A DNA stretch of 63,529 nucleotides, filler included, from Lenisia limosa (Eukaryota; Protista; Breviatea), in assembly GCA_001655205.1 (NCBI GenBank). It is 13 parts of 13 records of this genome, joined end to end, with 100 filler letters (N's around TTAATTAATTAA, not from the genome) between each part and the next. Parts side by side here need not be neighbours in the genome. Positions count along the whole stretch, not along the records: positions 8,913 to 15,411 come from LPNZ01000123.1; positions 15,512 to 23,507 come from LPNZ01002638.1; positions 23,608 to 26,036 come from LPNZ01006547.1; 10 more parts are not named here. One strand, given 5' to 3'. The notes under the pieces are model-generated. The model was given only the letters and a program-made list of their open reading frames with translations, was not told the DNA's origin and made no database searches. This document shows, in pieces, positions 12,850-23,659 of the stretch; the stretch's first letter is position 1, and every line of letters begins with the position of its first letter. Position numbers and translations under genes: made by a program.

Positions 12850-15311
12850 ATGGAATCCTTCAAAGAGATCAGCCCTGTTGAGGTAGAGGGACTCATTGAC
12901 TCTCTCTTTGCTCCTATTGTTGCTGATATTTCCACACCAAGGTTGGATTTTGTGAATTAAAAGTTTCAATGTTCCCCTTCTTTGACATTTGGATTTCTTT
13001 TCCCCAGTTAGACTGATGTGCATTTTGGACACAAGTCAATACTTCAACACTTTATAGTATTTATCTAAACTGACCACGCAGATGGCACCGCCAACATGCT
13101 GCAATGGAGCAGTTGAATGTTGAAGTATGATGAATGATGTGGTCCTTGAATGAATTTCAATTCACACAACTTATTGGACCCACATTACAGTTGTAGCACA
13201 GATGATCCATTTTCGTTTTTTCATCAATAACAATTACCTCTTCTAACCCCCTAGGCAAGGCGCCAAGTCAGGGCTCGGGTTGAAGAGCAAGTAGTGGAGA
13301 GTCTCATCTCCAAAGACAAGGTTTGCTTGAAGTGGTGGTGTTGATTTTATCAGATTGTCCCATCCCCTCTGTTTTCAAACAAGCTAAGAGAGTTGATTTT
13401 GTTTTGTTTCGTACAGTACCCGTTTTCGCACCACTTCCAATCATTTTTTGTTCCAATTTCTTTCATTGTTTTCTCTCCCCAGGTTCGGATTTTGGTTCAA
13501 GACTTGCTGTCCATCGAGGCTTGGAAGGCTAAGGTTTTGGAGAACATTGCAGGAAAGAAGTTTAAGAAGGTCAATGACAACAACTACTTGTCACTTTATA
13601 TCATTGTGGGTAGGGCCTTTTTTCAGACCCATTTCTCACACAAAATCATTGTATTTTTTAACTCTGCCCAGTAGCCTAGTGTGTTTAGAGGTTAAACTGT
13701 ACTTTGAAAATGCTCGGATTTTGCATTTTTTTTTGTTTTAATCCACACGTCTTGAATCCCAGCAAATAGAAAATAGCACATTTGCTTTACAGCAGGTATG
13801 TCACTGAGAACTGCCACGTCATCAGGACCAAAATCATTGAAATTTTGTGGATATTTCATTTTTTTTTAGTTTCGTTTAAAATGATTTTTAAACAGTTCTA
13901 GAGAGCATTTCAGCATTTTGAATTTTTTTAATTTGGTGAAAATTGCGTGAAAGTTGACAAAATCCGAGCCAGGTTTCTCAGTGATATACCTGCTTTAACA
14001 AGTTTGATTCTTCGAGTTTGTTGATGAACTATTTAAAAATCTGTTTTTGAGTGAGGCCATAGGCCTCTTCGATCCCCTAACTTTGACTGCTTAATGCACA
14101 CATTAAACAACAACGAAAAGTTCACAAATTCAGATAATTTTAATGTTAACGCCACAGTGTCATCACGAAGCCTCGGTTGTGAGTCTATTGGAGATTGTTG
14201 CCAATCACCTTGATATTCTCGAGTCCCTTGGTGATGCTGTCATTGACATGGCGGATTACTGCTGCAGAAAGCTAGTAACTCTACAGGTCTGATTTCCATG
14301 AATTCTGTAATGATCTTTAGTGGGAGTGGTTCACTTTTCTCTTTGTATCAGCTGTTTATACATCAGGCAATGAGTTCGCCCAAGCTTGAAGTCGCGACAA
14401 ATGCACAGGAAATGATGGCTGAGGGGGGAGGAAAGGTATGCTTCAGGAATATGTTTTTTTAGGAAGACTTGTGGTGCAAAGGTGTAGCAAAAAAAAAACA
14501 ACTCTGACATTTCCCCCTCTCCAGAGGTTCCGTAGGGAGTTCCGTAAAATTGAGTACAGCATCTGTTTTTCGTGCCTTGGTATCATGCGGTTCTTCGCTG
14601 ACCTCGCGCCTAAGTCCTTACCTCTCCTCCAACGCATCATTTCACAAAATGGTATCCAGGACAAGGTGTTGTCTCAAACTCTTTTTAATGCTCTGAATTT
14701 CTCGACACTAATCTTCAGATGTAATACTCAATGTCGTTCCTCTGTTTGCTAAAAAGCCGTGGACCAAAGTTCAGGACGGCAAAACATACAAGGTTTGTCC
14801 TGACTCGACATAAATCTCAGAGATATGGAATAGTTACATATCCTCATACACCAAACAAGGGTTATGGAAATTGATTGAGTTTATCTTGATTTGCGTCACA
14901 ATGAAGTTGCGTTTAATGATATAGTGGGAGAACAGCAAATGGGTTGAGGTCCAAAAGGGACTCGAGAGGCAAATGTCGCGATACGAGGGTAATGGTAAGT
15001 TAAGTCAACTTTTTCTGTGTTTAGCCCTGTATCTACTATTCTTATGACGACTGTACCCAATCTGTACATCACCATACTATTAACGACTCACTTGTAAAGC
15101 CTGGCTCTGCATCTATAATCTCATGATGGAACCTGAAGTACGAAGACGTTACCACATTACGGATCATAGGAAGGAGGTTATCATGACAGTGAGGGGAGTA
15201 CTGATTTCACCTTGTTTTGCTTTATCTATTTCACTGAACAGTTACGGCAATACATTAATGTGGACGTTGTTGACCAGATTCCCATGCTGGAGGAGCTGCA
15301 TCGGGCTTTGG
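12850..15311 (+). CDS. ZMYND10: ZMYND10 (BLU) dynein-arm assembly factor; MYND finger lies beyond the contig end
   Basis: Exons: MESFKEISPVEVEGLIDSLF..|WHRQHAAMEQLNVE|..EEQVVESLISKDK|VRILVQDLLSIEAWKAKVL..YLSLYII|CHHEASVVSLLEIV..VIDMADYCCRKL|..KKPWTK..|WENSKW..|AWLCIYNLMMEPEVRRRY..|LRQYINVDVVDQIPMLEEL, colinear with ZMYND10. Confidence 0.92.
13787..13998. mobile_element. MITE family D (~215 bp, TTAA-flanked) in a ZMYND10 intron; related copy at 42777-42993
   Basis: TTACAGCAGGTATGTCACTGAGAA..TTCTCAGTGATATACCTGCTTTAA. Second copy: TTAAAGCAGGGTGGTAATTCAGAAAA..TTTTCTGAGTTACCACCCTGGTTTAA. Both share CTGGCTCGGATTTT internally. Confidence 0.8.
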
Positions 15312-15511
15312 GTAGGTGGTTTTGAATCAATGATAAACTCTGACAATGACAAATGACTAGACTGTTCACATAAACCCCTTGGGATATCATATATTTGTTT
15401 GGCTTTTTTTTNNNNNNNNNNNNNNNNNNNNNNNNNNNNNNNNNNNNNNNNNNNNTTAATTAATTAANNNNNNNNNNNNNNNNNNNNNNNNNNNNNNNNN
15501 NNNNNNNNNNN

Positions 15512-16135
15512 ACCTCACCATCCAGGACAAAGATGAGTTATTTGAGGTGATAGGCCAGGCGCTTTTGGCAGCTTTCAACAGAAATGCCCTTTCGGGATGG
15601 GGTGCACGAGTGTTTATTGTGTATGTGGGGGTACTTAGAATCCTGGGCGTAACGGTTGAAGTTTATCAATGTTTTCCCTTTAATGACGCTCGCATCTTTA
15701 TTGCTTCGAGGTATATAAACAAATGCATTTTGACTTCCAAATAATATGATATCTTCACTCTTTATGATAAGAGTAGAGTTTTATATTCAATGGAGCTGTG
15801 TGGGCAGATATTTGACTTGCCTCGCCTGAACTTGTGCATTTTTGTGTTTGATTTTCACCCCGCCTGTGTGCTCATGTTTTGATTTTATTTGATAGTTGTG
15901 GTGAAATTCATCCATTACTCCTCTGGTGGNNNNNNNNNNNNNNNNNNNNNNNNNNNNNNNNNNNNNNNNNNNNNNNNNNNNNNNNNNNNNNNNNNNNNNN
16001 NNNNNNNNNNNNNNCTCTTGAATTATCAGTAGTGTTGGTCTTTGATGTCAAATGTGTTCAGTAAATGGGTAGGGGAGGATCGGATTCACTAAAAGCGTGG
16101 TCTTCCACTTCGATCCGGAAAAGCCCAGCATTTGA
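15512..16135 (+). CDS. 3' part of an unidentified spliced gene
   Basis: Exon-like frames LTIQDKDELFEVIGQALLAAFNRNALSGWGAR, ILGVTVEVYQCFPFNDARIFIAS and GFTKSVVFHFDPEKPSI*; family not recognised. Confidence 0.45.
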
Positions 16136-16390
16136 CGGATGTAGGACACCGACAGAGACAATCGAACGCGAGCTTAAGGTTCGACAAGATTAATGCAAAT
16201 TAACAAAACAAACTGGGTAACAAGGGGCGTATTTTCATGACATGAATTCATTTGTAATAGGATGTTTACACAGCATCATGATAATATTAAATGTCTTTTT
16301 TTTTTTCTCGTCTGTCCGATACTTTTTTTGTAGCAAACCATTCATTGCTAAAGGAGAACATGGGGGACATGACCATAAACATATTTGGGG

Positions 16391-18188
16391 TCAGGTGATG
16401 TAAGAGTCCTCAGCGAAGAAAGTCACGAGGTCTGTAGCTGCCTAAACAGTAAAGTATGATTCAAAAACTAAACTGGACTATATCATATACTATATTATCC
16501 TTAATAGAAGGATGTGCCGGTAGTATACCGATAATTTTCGAAGATTTATCGAGAAATGTAGTCTTTTATCGAAACGAAGTGAAGCAATAGTCAACATTAC
16601 TTACCCCACTTTTTCAACAGGTGTTATTCCACTTTGTAAGCTAGTCAACAAACTTCCACGACACTGTTTGAATAGCATGAGTTTTTAGCAAGGTCCCCTC
16701 CCACGGAATCACCCATGCCACAATCCAGGAGGGTAGATTTCGACATCGCGGTGACTTCACCCAAAGTGGAGACTCCGAGGGCTGGATATGGAGAAATGAG
16801 TAATGAGAATAATCTCTCCGCATTTTTGTTTATTTATAATGCAAATATAATACATACTACAAATAGTATATCGATCGATATATTATATTATATTGATATA
16901 CTATTTATGATTTACATCTTCCCAATGACGATATCGTATGTTTCTGACTATTATATCATTTGGAAAAACACAGCCCCCTCCCCCCCACTCGCGGCTTGTT
17001 TAAGAGCCTCGGATGAGATGGCAGATTTCTTGAGAGCTTCTTCCGCGTTACATTTCGAAGTGTTCGACTGCGAAGTTAAAGTAGATTACGTTGTATTTTC
17101 AAGGTACATTCATTAAGAGACCAATTCATGTCATACCAAGTTTTCAGGTGATATTTTGTCCTTGACCATCATTGCAATTTCAATAACTTCAGAGGTGGAG
17201 TTGCAGAAAAAAATTGTCACCTTCGTATCAGATAGTCTATTAGTTGTGAAGGTTGCCACTTGAGATTAGGTTGTTTATCTTATTATTGGCTGAAGATTGC
17301 TGGGGAATTTTACAATTTGGAGTTTTCAATCATTTGACGGATTGGCAATAAGTCAGGATACAACGGAAGCATAACCTTCAGGATTTAGGATTTAAAATAA
17401 TTTTTGAATTCTTACTATTCATCAATTATTACCCTCGGATCCACCTACTCTCTTTGAAACTCAGAAAGGCAAGAGGTACCCAGTTGTCCTGCTCCAATTT
17501 GCATCAGCACTGTAGTGTTGCGATACTTCTTACCTGAATCCCCTTTTATGTTATGGGAATACACATCAACGTCAACACTAAGCAATATTATATTGCGTAT
17601 TGCTATTATTAGTGTTTGAAATATAATTACTAGAGTGAAACTAGAGTTACACTCTCAATTAATCAAAGAAATCCTCATGATTAATACGTCATTGTATTCC
17701 CAATAACCAACTTGCTTTCATGACCGCTTGTTTGAGCTGGTTTGGGTCTTCAGCCAAAGTGGTCGAGTGAAATGTGAGATATGCCGCTCCAGTCTGAATC
17801 AAAATGATATTATTTTTGATAAAAAAAGGTGAAAATGTTTAAATATTATCAATGATATTGTACAGAAAATAGTTTTTTTTGTGAAATCATTCAGCGTAAG
17901 ATGGTTTTTAATAATATGAAATGACATGAAAAAAACATCAATGATATCATTGAAATAAAATGTAACCTGCTAACCTGAGGAAGCAGAAAGTGGGGAACTA
18001 TTCGGGACTGCTCTGAATTGAATGAGAAATAGATCATTGAATTGTGAATTGTAACTCTGCCATTGATTAAATCCACATCACAGTGAAAAAACACCTCACA
18101 TACCTCGCATTGTAAATGTGTTTGCAAAAAGGCTGATCATATCTTGTGGAGCAGAAGGATGGAAGATACAAACTGGCTGTGATGGCAT
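16391..18188 (-). CDS. Small spliced gene, possibly a degenerate ERCC4-like domain + (HhH)2 protein (FAAP24/ERCC1/SPO16-like)
   Basis: MPSQPVCIFHPSAPQDMISLFANTFTMR|EQSRIVPHFLLPQ|TGAAYLTFHSTTLAEDPNQLKQAVMKAS..FCNSTSEVIEIAMMV..SSEALKQAA|LGVSTLGEVTAMSKSTLLDCGM..DLVTFFAEDSYIT*. Family assignment is by weak pattern only. Confidence 0.35.
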
Positions 18189-18532
18189 GGTTGCGGGGCT
18201 CCTTACGAACTTGACAGCCTTCCAAACCAATTATGACTTTAGAGAAATTGACTTTGATTTGAATTTAATAATGTGTGAAGGTTGTTGATTTGATGAAAAT
18301 GGTAGATAAATATCTGATGGATGCGCGATGGATGAATATGATATGATTGAGTGAATGAAATGATATTATGCATGGATCTGAATGACAGACGAACCTGTGC
18401 GGCCGCACGTCAATAATTGAATTTTGTGTTTTTTTGTGCATTTCCCCCTTTTTCTCAATTTATTTGTTAGAGTGTCATATAATTGTTAAAGAAGCCAGAC
18501 TTTTGAATGATATTTTGCTTGTCGGAGGAAAA

Positions 18533-21500
18533 ATGAAAACCTTTCTTGGCGTCTTCCTGTCGCTGCTTCTGCTGATAACTCTTGGTAAGGATGGGGAAAT
18601 GTAAAAAATGCCAGCAACTTTCCGATTTTCTTCTTTTCCCCGGAGTGACGTGTGATCTCTCAGGTTTGGCATGTGAGAACAGTCTCAAAATAGGTTCCTT
18701 CAACATTCAAGTTTTTGGGGACTCCAAAATGGGAAAGCCCGCAGTTGTTGAGGTGCTTTTGAAGATCCTTCCACGCTATGTGAGTGGATTTGGATGTTGA
18801 ACTTGTTGAACTCGGTTAATTTCAAGTGTTGTTAGGCTTCTGCTCCTCGTGATATCTTTGTCTCTCTTTGGAATGGTTAGTCGTGTAATAGTTTGTTTAA
18901 TTGATAATTGAGCGACTTTGATTGTTGTTCGTCACATAGGAACTGTTTCCAGTTGTTCCAGTTCGCTTCAAAAGTCGCTATCTCTCATCTGTCGATTATT
19001 GACCCCAGGACCTGGTGCTGATCCAGGAGATCCGAGATTCGAGTGGCGATGCCATTGTGACCCTTTTGGAGGTCCTCAATGCGGACCAACCGGCTGAACT
19101 CAAGTACAAAGTTGGGCCATGGGATTAGGATTCAAGCACATAATTGAAAAGGGCTGATATTTATACATGTTGATATGATATCTACACTCTGAATTTGGTA
19201 TGTACATGATATATAATAATATATCATATGTAGTATATTAAATGCTACACATATATACATCTACATATGTATTACAAGAAAAGTATTAGCATTCATTAAC
19301 TGTGTTTATTCTTTGCGACTATAATCGAATGAATAATTGCGCAAGATGACTTATTTAGATACAACGTGGTAGTGGCGGGATTTATTATAGATATATGATA
19401 ATAATCATGTAGATGACTATCTCCGAGCGACTCGGAAGGACCTCATCAAAGGAGCAATACGCCTACTTCTATCGCGAACAGCACTTTGAAGTGGTAGATG
19501 AAGTGGGCTGGGGAGGTAGAATTAGGGCTTACGGTCTCATAAAAAGACTGAATCTCTCGATATATCCTCGATAAATATCGATATTTAAACGGTCTTTTTC
19601 GGACCGCAGGGAAGTCCCAGGTAGAATATGAGTTGCCTTTACATTTTTACGTAAATTACCTGTTATTTTGTTACAATCTGGACAGTTTTTGATGCTTACA
19701 ATTTTAGTACGTTTTTGATGATGGAACGGACGATGGTACTGACGCCTTCCAAAGGGAGCCTTATGTTGTTCTGGTACGCGGCGGTTTACCTTGCGTTTGT
19801 GAGAACAAGACATTACATTAGTTTGGTAATATGTTCTTCTTGAGATCCAAAAGAACACATATTTATTCCATAAACATAACTATATCCTACCTTACATATT
19901 TTACCTTTTTTGAACAAAATACATATGATATGATATCTATGAAGTTGATAATGTAACATATAAAGGTTTACAGATCTCTGGATTACAATGACCAACAGTC
20001 GATTTTGTTCTCTTCTTATTTCTAAGAAATGGTAAAATTTGATTTGCAGCCCCTTGAATAACGCTTTAGTTTAAGAACAAGCATACAAATGAAAAGATCG
20101 GCGCCATCGGGATTCATACTGCGGTGTGTGAATTGGGCTTAGGGCTTCACTTCGCTTCAAAAAAAGACTGATAAAATATCAATATCTATGATTTATCGAG
20201 AAATTCAGTCTTTTTTTGAACCGAAGTGAATCCCTAATTGGGCTCATTGATGAGAATACATTTGTCATAATTTAGTCTTTGTAAACTAGCCCCTCGAGTG
20301 TATGCTATTTCCTTCTTTCATATTGGGTATGAAAGGGCCTTCATTGACAGCAAGGCTCTGCTGCTTTATAATATTAAATTGAACATCTTACTTGAAAAGG
20401 CTCTAACTGGTTCAGCCTGATGATGCTGTGGCCGAAATCAGTCATTTGGTCGATGGTGGGTTGGTACTTGGTATTATTATTGCCCACATCAATTTCATAT
20501 GTGACCGGGATAAGTCTTGACCAGTTTGATATGATTTCCCAAGGAAAATAGGTCAAGACTTATCCTGGTCACTGTATTACTGAGAGGTGTCAAAAAGCAA
20601 TGAGTAACATTGAGTGAGTAATAGGCTTTTATCTTATCAGTATCTGTTAAACGCGTAATACTTGACCTCCTCTTTACATTGCTTTAGTATATGACAACGC
20701 CGTCACCAAGTGGTCAACTAATGAGGGCTATTTGCTCATGGTAGGAACATCATTTTGAAGTATGTGTTCCCATTCCAATGAGTGTATTCACCCTCATCCC
20801 TTATATCCTTCATTTTCTAATTCTCGCTTCCCTTAGTATCCTTACCTTTTATTCCCCTATTACCTCGCATTTCCCAGGGTGATTTCAATGCGGACTGCAG
20901 CTATGTGACTCAAAGTGAATGGCCGGATGTGAAACTGAGACAGGATTCCCGCTTTTCGTGGGGAGGGAGTGGGGGTGGGGGCAGCGAAATAGTGTTGGTT
21001 AGCATTAGGGCTTTACTCCGGTTCGAAAAAGTCTGATACAGTATCGAGGGTTTTCGAGCGTTTATCGAGGAATTCAGTCTTAATATTTGAACTGAAGTGG
21101 TTTGTATTCATAGGTCGAAGTTGTAAATGAACACCACAAATACCATCGTGACATAAGAAGATCATGATCCAAAGATATCACTATGACAAGGGTAATTGTA
21201 TTGACTTCTTAGATGGCTCATTGCAGATGACGTTGATACCACTGTCTCAGCCACTGACTGGTAGGGGGAGAGTGTTTTGGTAATGTTGTAATGGTATTGG
21301 TGTTTGACGCCAAGTCTGAACATTAGAAAATAGAAGAATATAGTATATGATATGATATATTAATATTTTGATTCAAAACCTGTACTGCTATTTATATTTT
21401 ATTAATAGTAATTACCCGGAGCTCTAAAAAAATAGTATTATCTCTTGTGCGAACGGAGTTTCAAATTATATAGTCACTTTGTAATTGTTTCATCATTACT

Positions 21501-21995
21501 ATTTTAAAACCCCGTCTTGACGCAACAGTGCTTACGATCGCTTCGTCACCGATGCGACTCTAAAAAGCAAAGTTGGCAAATGGGGGTGGGGGTGAGATTT
21601 CCTCATGGTTTTAAATGACGGTTTTTAGAGTTATGGTAGTATGATACAATTGACTGGTTCAGCTGAAAAGCGCGGTGGTATTCAACTTTGAGAAGGAGTA
21701 CTCCATGACAAATGACGACGCCAAGCTGGTGGGGGGCTTGAGCTTTTTATCTTGTTTTGTGACAAATTTTCGATATTTACTAAGATTAGCCCTTTATTTT
21801 CAATTTCGATTTTTCATTTGTGATACCTTTACGCCAATTTGATGTATTATTCCTATTTTACTCCCCCAGGTGAGTGACCACTATCCCATTGAGTTGGACT
21901 ACTGCTTCACAACGTCAAATGGCACCGACGACGGCTCACCAGCGTCCTTGGTTTCTTGTGGGGTATTGGGTGCGGTCATGTTGTTGCTATGGTAG
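18533..21995 (+). CDS. Deoxyribonuclease I family protein, signal peptide and hydrophobic C-terminal tail, ~12 exons
   Basis: MKTFLGVFLSLLLLITL|..LKIGSFNIQVFGDSKM..|DLVLIQEIRDS..|ERLGRTSSKEQYAYFYR|..DAFQREPY|..IGIHTA|PDDAVAEI..|GYLLM|GDFNADCSYV..|WLIADDVDTT|AYDRF..|VSDHYPIEL..GVLGAVMLLLW*. The catalytic E, H, D/N, D and DH motifs are all present. Confidence 0.95.
20140..20236. mobile_element. MITE family A (~95 bp), representative copy in a DNase I intron
   Basis: TIR TAGGGCTTCACTTCG(G/C)TTC(G/A)AAAAAGAC..GTCTTTTT(C/T)GAACCGAAGTGAA(G/T)CCCTA. Other copies near 55-146, 181-236, 3768-3864, 16515-16587, 19523-19619, 21006-21099, 25447-25538, 35283-35378, 36720-36778, 37817-37903, 40982-41058, 42175-42231, 43617-43720, 50566-50657, 54724-54810, 54838-54935, 55737-55823, 55828-55900, 58181-58273, 58795-58890, 60855-60950. 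Confidence 0.9.
20501..20574. mobile_element. MITE family B (~75 bp; TIR CAGTGACCGGGATAAGTCTTGACC, TA flanks)
   Basis: GTGACCGGGATAAGTCTTGACC..GGTCAAGACTTATCCTGGTCACTG TA. Further copies at about 391-445, 7126-7182, 39680-39743, 44333-44412, 53858-53935, 56177-56236, 59865-59890. Confidence 0.85.
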
Positions 21996-22181
21996 GCTGT
22001 CTTGTTTCTATGTATGGGTTTATTATTTAAATTGGAAGACAGTTAGTTAGCGTATCGGTGAAAGAACGCTCCACAAAAGAATAGAAACTAGGTTCTTTCT
22101 TGTCTTAAGATCCAAATTCGTTACCCAAACACAACACAGGAAGCAATAAGGGTTCCTCAAGCCATGTATTCCAAATACGGC

Positions 22182-22258
22182 CTAGAAGAAGCCTCCGTTA
22201 GTGAAGGTCATGAGGAGAAGGAGAGCGGCTTCGGGCTGGTCAAGGGGAACCATATGGC
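22182..22258 (-). CDS. Last exon of a serine carboxypeptidase (peptidase S10)
   Basis: GHMVPLDQPEAALLLLMTFTNGGFF* is the S10 catalytic-His motif; it follows a canonical acceptor at 22259-22260. Confidence 0.8.
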
Positions 22259-22581
22259 CTGGGGGAAGGGGGGGAGTAAAACGAAGGAAATTTCAATGAA
22301 GAATATTGGCGTAAGAATGGAAATTTTATGAAATACCCCACACACACGCAAACAAAGATTAACAACAAACATGAGGTTTGTGATGATGAACAGCGAGAGA
22401 GGAGGCGAGATTCAAACAAAGCTCAAGATAACCATATCATAAAATAATAGGTATATGATATTGCTTAGCACTTAGATCACATTAAGAGCGGAAAGGAGAC
22501 CAATTAGCAAGTTTCCACCCCCACCACCACAAAAATACCTCTGGGTTTCATTTAGACTATCTGACAGAATACTATCAGGAT

Positions 22582-22694
22582 CACTACGGCGCATCGACTT
22601 GGGATTCCCTTATTATTTGGCAATCCGAATTCCCATGTAAAAAAATGGGAATTCCCAAGTTTTCACAAGAATGCCAAGTCGATGCGCCGTTGTG
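22582..22694. repeat. Small inverted-repeat element
   Basis: CACTACGGCGCATCGACTTGG..CCAAGTCGATGCGCCGTTGTG. Confidence 0.7.
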
Positions 22695-22965
22695 AATTGG
22701 GATGGCTCAACCAGCATGCCCCCCCCCCCCCNNNNNNNNNNNNNNNNNNNNNNNNNNNNNNNNNNNNNNNNNNNNNNNNNNNNNNNNNNNNNNNNNNNNN
22801 NNNNNNNNNNNNNNNNNNNNNNNNNNNNNNNNNNNNNNNNNNNNNNNNNNNNNNNNNNNNNNNNNNNNNNNNAAAGAAAAAAATGGGGGAAATAATTTTT
22901 TTAAAAAAAACTGTTAAAACAGCAACATGCTTGGGTTGAGAAGAACTGTCATCAGAATAATAATA

Positions 22966-23467
22966 TAAGGCCGCGTTCGAAGGGTCAAGAATTCTTAGGA
23001 ATCTTAAGATTGACTTAAAGACAAAAGTTTTTGTGTTCGAAGTGCAAACTTAAGTCAGTACCCCAACAGTCCCCTGGATTGTTTTTATTATTATTAAGTA
23101 ACAAACATGTACAATAATTGTTAAAGTTCCTCTTTCTCAGCTAAAGTTGAGCAAAAGAGTACATTGTACATCACAATTACAAGAGGGTCCCATTGAAAGC
23201 AAAATTTTAATGATAGATTAAAAATAATCAAACAAAAATAGAAGCAAAGAAGCTGCAAAGAAGAGGGGAAGCAGGAGGGAAGAAGGGAGAAGGAATCCTA
23301 AGAATCTTAAGTCACCAAAATCGGGGTCTTGAAACCCAGCCAAATCTTAAGAATCACCGAACCTGGGGAGCCACTTCCGAAACTTAAATTGAACTTAAGA
23401 AAAATTACACTTCTAACGCAAAATCTTAAGATTCCTAAGAATTCTTGACACTTCGAACGCGGCCTTA
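22966..23467. mobile_element. MITE C (~500 bp, ~45-bp TIRs; PIF/Harbinger- or Tc1-type)
   Basis: TAAGGCCGCGTTCGAAGGGTCAAGAATTCTTAGGAATCTTAAGATT..AATCTTAAGATTCCTAAGAATTCTTGACACTTCGAACGCGGCCTTA. Confidence 0.9.
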
Positions 23468-23659
23468 GAGAGGCTGTGCTTTGACCCCCCCCCCCCTTGG
23501 ATTGAGTNNNNNNNNNNNNNNNNNNNNNNNNNNNNNNNNNNNNNNNNNNNNTTAATTAATTAANNNNNNNNNNNNNNNNNNNNNNNNNNNNNNNNNNNNN
23601 NNNNNNNCCACCCCTCAACCTATTTTCGCCCATTATCTGTGCCGGGTACCAAGAGGAGT

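Noticed and set aside
12835-12852. Stop-codon reassignment (TAG just upstream of ZMYND10 frame)
   Set aside because: An in-frame ATG follows, and TAG, TAA and TGA all terminate other genes normally.
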